A DNA stretch of 64,000 nucleotides. Source: Octopus sinensis (lineage: Eukaryota). Below the pieces are notes generated by a model that ran no database searches, was not told the DNA's origin, and saw only the letters and a list, made by a program, of their open reading frames with translations. Below, piece by piece: positions 25,901-38,500 of this stretch. How positions within the stretch are numbered: the first letter of the stretch is position 1; every line of letters starts with the position of its first letter. The DNA lies in assembly GCF_006345805.1 (NCBI RefSeq), contig NC_043005.1, positions 105,214,001-105,278,000 of the forward strand. Reading direction: 5' to 3'. Made by a program: the position numbers and the translations under genes.

Positions 25901-27645
25901 AAAGTGATGACTTAATTTCAAGAATGTGTTTGAACAATTCCAAAATTGAAGCAAAAACAAGGAGGGTGGGAACAAAATTCAAACAAATAAACAAGTAAAT
26001 AACATAACTGATTGATTCTTCCGTACTGCCACAATGTTCCTCAGTGTACTGTGTAACTTTTAGACTATCCACCATTGCTCTCAGAAATATACACAAGCCT
26101 AGGAATCTAGTAAGTAAGAGACTACTGTGGGACAGGAACAACGGACAAGGAAGGAGGAGAATGACAACACGATTGAGGCAAACTTGAAGTTCTCTCTTTT
26201 CTAACATGGACAAAAACAGACACACAATGGATGCATATACACAAGTACACACACACAGAGAAATATAATTTATACAACAAAGATTTATAAGTAATTGAAA
26301 ATCAAAAAGAATCAAAATCCTCACATGGCTATCAAGGACTGTATGTGTTGCATGAAGTATCAAAAATAAGCCACTACTTGCTGAAGAATTTTGTCTTTAT
26401 GATTTTTTTTCCTATCTCTATGTGAACTACTTTTCAAATAGGCAGCCCAAATAGAGATTAAAAAAGCTCATAAGAATTCCTTCTTTTGTGTTTTCTTTTT
26501 GCTATGTCTGCTTGTATTATCATCATCATGATCAATATTTTCAAGTGTGTGTGTGTGTGTATACACACACATACATTTATACACACATATGCATGCACAC
26601 ACACACACACACAATTTAAACAGCTGTCATATTTTGTATTCAAAGTTGACAACTAGAGCAAGTGAAGAGGATTGCAAACCACTGAGGAAACTTGAGGATG
26701 TTATAGTAGTGATGTGTGAGAGAGAAGAAGAAGAAATGAAAAACACTTTTTTTTTTTCTTTCTCTATAGGAGAGAAAAGAGAAATCAAAGAAAAATGCCT
26801 GAGCAGATCCAAGACAGGTAATAAAAATTTAAATACTAAATACCAGATTAATAAAAATTGAAAAATTTAAATGGATATTATGCATGACAACTTAAAAGTA
26901 CTGATGTTATCTATTCTAAGATTGACCTTTTTAAAATTCCTATGACAATGCTTCATGTTTACCATTCATTTTGGTTTCAAAAATATTCCACCAATCATTA
27001 CAATACTTAGTTTTCCATTTTCTGAAATGAAAGTATAAGTGTGTATTTTAGGACTTCATGTATACACACATTTATACATATAAAAATATGCATTATTTTT
27101 AGGAAATTTTTGTGAGGTCCAAGCAAGTAAGTGCAGAATGTATATAACAAAAGTGACAGTCAAATAATAAGTACATGTACATTATTCACTTTGTATCTGA
27201 AATTTAGTAGTGTGTGTATAGAGAGAAAGCTTCCTAGAAATTGTTGCACACATAGCAGTTGTAATCAGCTGGTGTTAAAATGTGCTGAATTCTATAAAAA
27301 AGAAAATAATAATAATAAAAAGCCTTAACAGATTCCATTAAAAATATTTCCAAGAAGCTTAAAATATTTGAGATAAATTTACATAGTCTTGTATAAAATT
27401 TCCACAACAAAATTATATCTATTTAAAATGCTTGAGTTTAATATGAAAATGTTTGCATAAAGTTTGCTATTGGTAAGCTTTACTGGAGCAACTCCAGTGT
27501 TCAAGAACTAAGGAATGCAAACAAACTTCAGAATAAACAAGTGAAAATGGAATTTCTTTTTATATGAAGTTTGAAAAGAAAACGATAAAATAAAAATAAG
27601 TATCATCTAACAATTTACATAAAATGTAATTAATAATAATAATAA

Positions 27646-28027
27646 TTGTTTTTAATTAAAGATCAAGGTCAACAATTTTTGAAAAGAGAAGCTTAGTTGA
27701 TTACATCACCCCAGTACTTGACAGATACTTTATTTTCTCAATCTTGGAGGGATGAAAGGCAAAGTTGACCATAGCAGGATTTGAACTTTGAAGGTAGTGT
27801 CACAACAAACTACTGTAAAGTATTTCACCCGACATTCTAATGTTTCTGCCAGCTTGATGCCCTTAATAATAACTGTTCCTGATTTAGGCACAAGGTTAGC
27901 AATTTTGAAGGAATGAGTTAGTTGATTAAATTGCCCTCAGTACTGTATTTTATCAACCCTAAAGGAATGAAAGGCAAAGTTGACCTCAAAACATAAAGAG
28001 ATAGAACAAATACTACAACTACTACTT
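27646..28027 (-). mobile_element. Two tandem tRNA-derived SINEs in AAT repeats
   Basis: Both carry (G)ATGAAAGGCAAAGTTGACC; the first has GATTTGAAC (B box) and ends TCTGCCAGCTTGATGCCCTT. AAT runs lie at the junctions. Confidence 0.8.
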
Positions 28028-29341
28028 AATAATAATAAATACATAATAATAGATATGGGGAATTTGTGAAGAGAAGTGTCATGACATTCATGCTTTCCCT
28101 AAATTTAAAAATTTAAGGACTGTTATTTTATTTTCTTTGCTAGAACAAAAGTAAATTTTAATAGGAGATTGAGAATACACATGAAATAGTATAGATATTT
28201 TATTGGCTGCAACTTGAACAAGAATAAAATGTAAAGTCAATCACTCTGAAATGTGAATGCAAACTAAATGCCATAAGCAATTTAGTTGAGTGCTCTACAA
28301 CAACTTAATTGCCCTTATGATGATGATGATGATAACAACAATGGACAAAATTTCATGGAAAAATAACTGGATGGTTTGAGAGAAAGTCATATTAGTGGCA
28401 AAAAGGTTTATAGTAGGAATTGTTTGATTAAAAGACCACCTTTGGAAGTTATAAGTATTACAGCAGTGAATGCACACACATCACACAGAGACATATACAC
28501 AGAAAACTAAGAAAGACATGAAGTCAGTAAAACCATGCAACAGAAATACCTAGACAAGCTGAAAGAGATACTTGATGTAATGATATGCAAGACAGGACAA
28601 TGAGCTCAAACAAATGAATTTACAGGACTTGAGGAAGTAGGGTGGGTGGGTTGTTTGAGGTGTATGTGGGGCATGCACAATGTTTTGAAACCATCTGACA
28701 GTACATCTCTCAACTAATATATCTAACACAATGACTAGTTTCAGTAAATACTTTTCAGCAAATGGGATCTCAAGAAAAATCATAAGAATTGTCTTAGAAA
28801 CAGGGTAGTTAATGAGGTAGAAAGTTATTGGGGTATCAATTGAAATAAATACATCTTTTAAATATGCCTGAGTTCATAGTGACAAAGCATTAGGAGATTT
28901 TCTTGTGTCTTTCTTTTAATTATTAATAACGTTATTATTCATATTATTTACTATTGAAGTAGTTTGATGCTGTTGCCAGCAGAACAATAGTATTAATTGT
29001 GATGTAATTCCCATTAAATACGTGCATGAGTAAATTATTATGCTTCTTCAATTTGTGTGTGTGTGTCTCCATACATTTATATATATATATAGATATACAA
29101 ATATGAGAGAGAGAGAGAGATAGAGAGAAAAAGAAACCTCATGGAAAATATATGGCTGTTTACTGAAGAATTTAACTGAAATTTAGAAGCCAAATGAAAA
29201 AAGAAGAAAAATAAAATGAAAGTTTTGTACATGTCTTGGAACTACCTTCAAATATTGGAACTATATATACTGAAACTGAATTGTATGAAGCAAGTGATGT
29301 TTGGTGAGGCTGCTTCTTTAGATCTGTAAATCATTATAGGT

Positions 29342-29685
29342 GCAGGAGTAGCTGTATGGTAAGTAACTTGCTTACCAGCAACATGGTTCTGGGTTCAGTC
29401 CCACTATGTGGTACCTTGGGCCAACCAAAGCCTTGTGAGTGAATTTGGTAGATGGAAACTGAAAAGCCCGTTGTATATATGTGTGTGTGTGTTTGTTTCT
29501 TACCCAACATCGCTTGACAACCAATGCCGGTGTATTAACGTCCCCGTAACTTAGCGGTTCGGCAAAAGAGACGATAGAATAAGTACTAGGCTTACAAAGA
29601 ATAAGTCCTGGGGTCGATTTGCTCGACTAAAGGCGGTGCTCCAGCATGGCCGCAGTCAAATGACTGAAACAACTAAAAGAGTAAG
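29342..29685 (+). mobile_element. tRNA-derived SINE with internal GT repeat, near full length
   Basis: A box TAGCTGTATGG, B box GGGTTCAGTCCC, and 3' tail GGCGGTGCTCCAGCATGGCCGCAGTCAAATGACTGAAAC. Confidence 0.85.
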
Positions 29686-31415
29686 GGACATTATTCAACT
29701 AAGACAAGGTGTATCAGAAATAATGCTAAATGCTTTTTATCATATGAACAATCTATCTTAATATGTCATGGCTACAATGGTTTGGATATGAATCTTTATT
29801 CTAAATATGTAATCACATACAAAGCTAGTTGAACCACTAAAGACATTGCCTTCATGTATATTTTAGGTAAATCAGCTTGGTAGAGCTGATCCTTCCTTCC
29901 TTCCTTCAGTTAAACTCAGGAAGGATTTGAATTCAGCAGAGCAAGCTGAATGAATATTGGTGGTTAAGCTGCTGTTACTCTGAGATACGTAGTTTGGTTA
30001 AGGGAATTGAGTATATTAACTCAGCTCTGGTGACAGGATTTCAGTCTTAATCTACTTGATGGTTTCCCCTACTTGCAGTAAGTAAAGTAGTTAATTCCAA
30101 TGTAGCAACAATTAATCTGCAGCTTCAGTATATCACCATAGAACAGTCAATAATTTCTGAAATATCAATAGATTACTACTTAATAAAGGAAGTGGTTGTG
30201 TTGTTCATGCCTTTTCTCACATAAATCAAAAATATGTGTGAGTAGTGCTCACAACCAGATATTCTACCACTGTTCCACTACTTTTCCAATTGGCTACTCT
30301 TCTCAATAATAATGATAATAATTATGCTGATAACAATGATAAAAAATAAAAGTATTATTATTAAACATCATTTGATTCAACTGCCATAACAAAATTCTTG
30401 AAAAATGTATAAAATTTATGATTAAAATTAAACTCTGTTTCACTTCTTTATCAAACAGAGTTCTACTTCTGTCTTTTAAATATCAAAATTAAGATATTAT
30501 GGCTCAATGCCCAAATGCCACATAGAGAGAAAGGAAAATAGTTGTAAACATTAAGGAACAAACCTTACTTTCCTTAAGTGGTCACTACCAAATTAAAGAA
30601 ACAGCAACCATATTAAACAGAGATAGGAATAAGTAAATATTGAACTTTGGTCTGACTAGGAAATAAAAGAAATATACTCATACCAATAATTTAGAGACTT
30701 GCTTCCATAATATCTGTAACAATAGCCCAGTATGCTTATTGTAAGATGTTTTAATGAGAAAATTCCATTTGTTAGTTATTTTGTTTTTGTGTAGTGTTTC
30801 AAAATAAACACACATACCTAAATGCAGGTCATACCATACAGATTATTTTGTATGTACACAAACAGCATGGTCATACTTAATGTGAACTCATGCACTCTGT
30901 CTAATTATCTACATGATGTGTTCTATGTACACATAAAAATATACATACTACTAAAACACTGGAAGCTAATAGCCTGTGAATATCATATCAACAAAACCGG
31001 TACCTCTACAATAATGATGCTGATGATGCGAATGTGTAGCAAAAGCTACAAAACTGAAATGCAGATCTGGAAGCCAAGGAGTGGGTATGGGTAAAAATTG
31101 TGTAAGGTGGATGGTTGAGAACTAGACCTAGACATATTTTGGCTGCAAAGTCAGATGACTTGCTGTTGGAACAGACGAGTTCAAGCCATAATATTAATGT
31201 TACAGGACACAAAGGACATAATTAAATAGGTGAATAAAAAAACATGCGAAAGAGGTATGTGTGTAGGGTAATTGTGAGAGAGTGAAAGAAATTGAAAGGA
31301 TAAAATTAAGACCATGCAATAAAACTTACTGGTTTTATATTCTAGCATTTTTTCTAACAATAGAGCAACACAAGATATGAGACACCTTTCTATTACAGTT
31401 GGCCTTAATTTGAGA

Positions 31416-31467
<52 letters not shown>

Positions 31468-32210
31468 AATACACAATTTTGCTAGCTATAATATTCTCTA
31501 ATAGTGGACAACCATAACATTTTACAATAAGTGTAGATGGCTAAACCAACCTGCATACTATACTGGTACATATTTTACAGATTCTGAAAGGATGAAGAGC
31601 AGAGTCAACTTCGGTGGGACTTAAACTTACAATATAAAGGGGAGTCATTTGAGCACAATGCGTTACATCTAAAAAAAAACTAAAAAAAAAAAAACTAGCC
31701 ATTATACCATGCACTGCCCTCAATAAAATTAGATAAACACAACTATTTTTTCTTCTCAAAATTCCAAAGAGGACCAAAATAATTTTCTAAAATTATAAAA
31801 ACATTTTTTCATGATTTAAAATTTTCCCTTTTCTCTTTTTTCTGCTTGTCATTTTGACAGTGCTGCTGGACAGCTGTAAACATTTAAGTAATTATTAAAA
31901 CTTCTCAACAGCAGTGGCTTTCTCAAGATCACAATGTGATGTAGTTATCAATACAACTGACAGTTGCCTTTCTTTGAAGGGATGAAGGCAAGATTTTATT
32001 CTCTATGAGTATACTTTGGTGGGTTAGTTTGTATTGTGGTACATTTTAAGAACTTCAAGCTGCCATGAACATTTTCTTAGTAAAGGCTGACACTAAAGAA
32101 AGATTAGCAAACCTCTACTTCTGATGCAGAAGAGAATTGGTCACATCATTCAAACAATGTTCTAACAAATTTTTGGAAATGTGTGTGTGTGTGTGTGCGA
32201 CTATATATAC

Positions 32211-32262
<52 letters not shown>

Positions 32263-32567
32263 ATTTGTTTCTATTTTCTTCTGATGAGTTGAGTTTTTTT
32301 TCCAATGGGATATCTTTTTTGTTTATTTTTTCACTATGAAATGATAATAATAATGATAGTGATGATGATAATCAAAGTGATGAGGATGACAATGATTTTG
32401 ATGATAATAATAATAATATGAAACACCCAGTAACACCTATTGCCACACAAGCCCATAATCTTCATGACACAAATAAATAACAACTCACTTCAACTCTTGA
32501 AGTTTCAACAGAGGACAAGGGATATATACATACATATATGTATATATATATATATACATACACACAC

Positions 32568-32614
<47 letters not shown>

Positions 32615-32794
32615 CCAAAAAGAATAATTTTTAACCAAATCTTTTTTTTTTATATTTATAAAAAAACTATAATAAACACAAAAATATAAAACAATTATCC
32701 TTTCCACAAGAATCAACTCATTAGAACATGAGTCACTTCAAGTTAAAAAGGTGGGGAGATCAACCATTTCACATAACATCAGTGAACCCCTTTT

Positions 32795-32829
<35 letters not shown>

Positions 32830-33232
32830 TTGATGACTGACTCAATTCAGCAATTTTCAGAGGTGCTGTATTTAAGCCCTCTTCTGAACATCTAGGTTGT
32901 TGAAGCAAAAGAGAAATCTAAGGAGAATCAGGGGTAAATTGCTTGTAGTTCCAAGAAATAACTACAGCTTTCATTGACAAGTGTAAGTTGGTTAGCGAGG
33001 TTTCTCCTTATGTCATCACAGTATTCTGCTTATGGGCTTGGTACAATTTAGTGAAATAGACAAATATACAGTTTGAAAAAAATATAAATAAATAAAATAA
33101 AGAAATGGTTTCTGTTCTGGTATAGATTTGTAATAGAATTTTTCTTTTACATTTACATTAAAAATCTGACATACAGCAGGTTTTATTAAGTCTCCAACTG
33201 AATGTAAGGGAGGGGGTAAATAAAAGAGTGTG

Positions 33233-33283
<51 letters not shown>

Positions 33284-35584
33284 CATATATATATATATAT
33301 ATATGTTTATATATATATATATACACACATACAAATATATATACATATACATACACACGCACAGTTTTATATATGTATATATACATATACACACATACAC
33401 ACAAAGACACGTGTGAGTGTCTGTGTGTATATATATATATATATATATATACGTGTGTGTGTGTGTGCGTAATATGCTTCTAAAAAATGTTAACCCTCCT
33501 GGCTTCACGTTGAAACACTTACACCATTTTATAGCACAAAGTTGAGAAAAATAAAAAAAATAAAAAATTTAATGTACACACAAAGTTGTTGCTAGAGGGA
33601 GATTAGGTCACAATAAACTTAAAATTCATTGAGTTTAAGTAACCAATTATATATGGATGGCATATATATATATAAATATATATAACCTCTATAGGTATGC
33701 AGAATCAGTTGAAAAGGAGATATGGGAGAGTTAACAGCAGCTATCAATAATTTTAGTAAAACTAGTTTGGTGTTTTTAAACCAGAGTCAAACCCTTAGAA
33801 CAAACGTTGTGAGGAAAAATAAAATCAATGAAAAAAAAAACAAAAGAACACAAACAAATTACTGAAGTTGGAGATAACTTTGAAAAATGATGAGACATTG
33901 ATTAGGAGGAGGAGTTATAAATAAATTAAGATGCAATTAAAAGAGACAAAAAAAAATGAATAAAAATAAAGACAAGTCCATGGCAGGATTGGCTGCAGAT
34001 AGCATATAGCAGGAGGAAAATCTAAAATATGACAGGGAAAATATATATATGTTTATATATATATATATCTGAGTGTGTGTGTGTGTGTGTGCGCGCGTGT
34101 TTAAGACACCAATCTAAAAAAAAGAAAAAAAACATTAAAAAATTTAAAATAAAATAAACAAAGGAAAAACTGGAAAAATCCAATAATTGTTTTTTTTTTT
34201 AGTTTTGGGTATTTTTCACAACAAAAATTAAAACTTATCCAACAATCCTGGCATATTTTTCCTTTTTGGGGGGGAGGGGGTGTTGTTGATTATTTTGGTA
34301 TATTTTTTGTTTGTTTTATCTGTGATGGCAAAACTCTCACTCATATCAAACACACTTAATTTAAAGATCACAATACTGCCATATAAAGAGAATCACACAT
34401 CAAAGTAAAACCAATTCCAAGATAAGCTCACAAAAATATCATATACTTATAGTGTATTTTTCTCTCAACTTTTCTAATGATGTTTCCTGTCTGGGTTTAA
34501 GAAGTTTTATTTTAATTTTTTAAAACTTTTTATAGTTTGTTTCAATTTTCATTCTTTTCCTTTATTTTACCTTAGATAGAAGACTCCTCTTTCAAGACCA
34601 TTCTGTGGCAAATCGCAGTGCGCATTTCCTCAAAGACTGAGGTATAGACACATATATAAAAATAGTGCAGATGCCAAACAAAGCTGGCCATTATTAATTA
34701 TTTGTTTTAAAAACTCCCATCTCATGATAAAACAGGAAGAAATTCCATCATTTGTGGCATCTGCCTTTGCTCTACAGTTGTGGATGATAATTGTTTTTGT
34801 TTCACTTTTTGTTAGGTGTTGTAGTTGAGGCTTTGTTAGAAATGTTTTCTGAAACTTTGTATTTTGTCTGCTTGCTTTAAGCATACTGTTGCTGTTGGTT
34901 TTATTGTTAGTGTTGTTGTTTTGGAAAGGCAGAGCAAGAGAGAGGAAAGGTAACTAATTATATTCTTTTTTTTTTAATAATGGAATTACAGAATACTGAG
35001 ATTCATGATCTAAGAATATACAAGAGGTTGTCTTGCTGCCTTCTAAGGAACAACCAAGTTTTGTATGTGCTGTACATACAGAGCACACACACACATGTGT
35101 GTATGCATGTATGTATATATATTTAGATATATAGATATATATACATATATATATATGCATGTATGAAAGATTTATTTTCTTGACCTTTCACTCTGCTCTT
35201 ATTTCTCCAAAATCTTTTTTATTTTATTTTTTTGTTATATTTTATAAAAAACAAATTCTGTATATAGATCAAGCCAAATGCAAATGTTGAGGTGGGTGAG
35301 AAATTGCACATAAAACTTTTATTTAATACACTGTTTTCAAAGAGCAACTAGCCAATCAACCAGCCAAAGTCTCATGCTAGATAGACCTACACAATTCTGG
35401 TAGTTTGCAGTATATTTTCTCTTGCCTCAGTTAACACTCTTTAGGAGTTAAGATTCTTCCTGTTATGACTGAATTTCCCTAGTAAAATATCAGTAGATAA
35501 ACTAACATGTATGTATGCTTGTATACATGTGGGAGAGTGTGGATGGGATGTATGTTTAAGAATTTTAATGATTGTGAGCTCATA

Positions 35585-38500
35585 CTAAGGCTCAGCTGGT
35601 ACCAAGGTGAGAGTGAGTGTAACAGGTTCTGTTACACGCTGGCGAACCGGCATGTGTACAACAGAAGGAATAAAGTTTGTATCCACTAAATTATTTTCTA
35701 AATGAAATGCTTGCATAATAAAAGGAGTTTGTGACTTATTGTCAGTACTTCTACAACCATAACCATCATTTTCGGTAGAATCCATGTCACAGTTGTTGAT
35801 ACTGCTATTGTTAATATTGCTGTTGTTGTTGTTGTCATCATTATCTGTTGCAGGTGTTGCTTTAGTTGAAGGTAGTTGCTCTTCATCAGGATAATTACTG
35901 ATGTTGTTATGAGTTCGAGGAGAAGATGAATTGGGTTCTTTTAAATCTTCATCAATATCTTCAGAAGGCATTGAAGAAGGTGACATTTTTGGCCCATGGT
36001 TAAAAGCCATATGCTTTTGCAACAATTTTGCAAAACTGCATGTAAAATCACACTGTCTGCAAGAATAGAATCCATTATCTTCTGATGGTTCAAGATCTGA
36101 TGTCAACTTGGATTTTTTAACATGCACTTCCCTTATATGCATCTGACATGCTTTCTTACTCAAATATTTAATGCCACATTTGGCACACTTAAACTTTTTG
36201 ATACGGATGCCTTTTGGTCGGGGTCGGGATTCTTTTATATCATTTGCATGATATTCTGTGATATGGCGGATGAGAGAATGTTCATAAAGGAATGATTTAA
36301 GGCAGGTTTTGCAGGTGAACCTCCCAACAGTGCCCTTAATAATGCTATGTTTGCGTTCTTCATGAGAATATATATTTGAAAGCCACCTTGTTTTGTAATC
36401 ACAGTGAACACAACTGTATAGCTTTGGTTTGCCACCACGGGAGTACTTTCTTCGTAAGCTATTTCCCCAGCTGAGACTGTTGTGCAAAGGACCACCAAAG
36501 TGATGCGGTGGTGAAAAATCAGGTTTTGCACTTACCTCAGCTTTATGATCATTCAAGACATGCATCTGAAGGCTAATGCTATTTGGAAATACTTTGAAAC
36601 AGAACTGGCACATCTGAGCTTCTAAAGGTACATATTTATTGTCTGAAGGTAAAGATACCCCATGATCCTTTAAAACATGAGCATGCAGCCACTTTTCATT
36701 TTTAAATCGTCGGTCACACAGTTTGCAAACTTCAGTGAAATGGTTGTAATACCTATTGTTAACAGGGGTATCATCAAGCTGTTCTGTTTTGATTTTGACC
36801 TCATCAGGATTTTGTTGATGATGGCTCAATAATTTGGAATCAGAGTTAGTGAGGCAGGAATCTGACAAGCTGTTAGGTAAAATTGAAAAGCCATCAGATA
36901 GCTTCTCATTTTGACTTCCAGGGGAGGCATTACCAATGCTACCACTGTCTACGGGAGAAGACCGCATGGAAGGGCTTGGAGTGATTTTCTGTTCCTCAGC
37001 TGTTGGTAAGATTCCATGCTTGTTCAGCTTATGAGTTCGTAAGAAATACTTGTTGCACAACTCCTTGTTACAGATGTCACAAATCACACGAGAAGAATTC
37101 ACTGGTTCTTTCCATCGCCATGTATGTTTTTCAAAACTTTCATTTGGTTGAAAACCATCCACGCTCATACTCACAGCTAAATTATTTATCAACTTTTTAT
37201 TTGGCTGAGGTAACTGCATCTTATCAATGGTTTTACTGTCAATTCTATCTGACTTGATGCCATGAATGTTCAACTTGTGGGTTCGGAGAAAATATTTACT
37301 GCACAGCTCTTTTTTGCAGATTTCACAATATGCTTCTGGGTCAATGCCCATTTTAACCAGTTCATGGTGGTCAGGTTTCTCAATATTACTCATTGAGGTC
37401 AGAAACTCTTTGCCATTCATATCAACTTTCTGCATCTCTAATAAGGCTAGCTCTTTTGCTTGATCTCGAATAATATCACGTATGTATTCCTTTTGATTAT
37501 CTTTAAACAAATTCAGCTTAGGAGAAAGTGATTTCCCCTCACTCTGCTTGTTCTCCTTCTCAGCAGACATGATATCAATTCCATGTACTTTTAGCTTGTG
37601 GTTCTTAAGAAAATACTTATTGCACAACTCTTTGCTACAGATGTCGCAGGTAACGCGATCTGCAAGCTTTGCTGCAATCATGTTTCCAAAGAGTGTGGGC
37701 ATTCCGCTGCTGTCAGTGACACTGTTTCCATTTCTCATGTCGCTGCCAACAAATCCAGGCATGGATTTAATCCGTGCAGACATGTCACTTGGTAACTGAC
37801 CATCCAGCGGATGGCTCTTGGAAGGTGTTTCATGAAAGACACCATGCACGTTCATGCGATGAATGCGGTAGCTGTATTTGCTTGAGAATTCTCTGTTACA
37901 GATGTTGCAGTAAGTGACATAACACTCACTGTTGGAATTTGAAAGAATGTTCTGGGACAGGCCCACCACAGAGCTGATCATGCTGGACTGGGACACGTTA
38001 ATACCAGTACTTGTCAAGAGATTTTGAGGAATATCGTTTGTTCCAGACCCCTTCATAAGTGCTAGATTTTTGAGAACAGAAGGATCTTTCAGGTTTGTGA
38101 GATCCTTGCTTAAACTAATAGCTTCTTTGGCGAGCATTTGCTCTTTCATCTGTTCTGCATCCTTCATTCCCATGTCCTTTGGTTTCATGACAAGAGGCAT
38201 TCCTTGCTCCTGAGATACACGCCCAGACAATGCATCTTCTTTTCCTTGGTCTCTAATAAGTCCTGGTTCCTGTTTCACATCAGGATGTTCAGACTCAGTA
38301 GCTATTCTGGACGAAATTTGTGGTTGCTGTAGCTGTGGTTTCATCTCGTCAGTATAAATATTATGCATGTTGGCTTTGTGGATCTTTAGGAAATATTTAT
38401 TGCAGAACTCTTTACGACAAATCTCACAGTACGCTTCTGCATTTAGAACCCCAATACTACGAAGTGCATCACTTGCAATGGGTTGTGCTGGCGGGGCGGA

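Noticed and set aside
25854-26363. 169-aa hydrophobic minus-strand ORF
   Set aside because: Composition reflects T-rich DNA and a GT repeat; no domain or convincing splice context.
35171-35323. AATAAA polyadenylation signals on the minus strand
   Set aside because: Hexamers are ubiquitous at this AT content, so the 3' end cannot be assigned.
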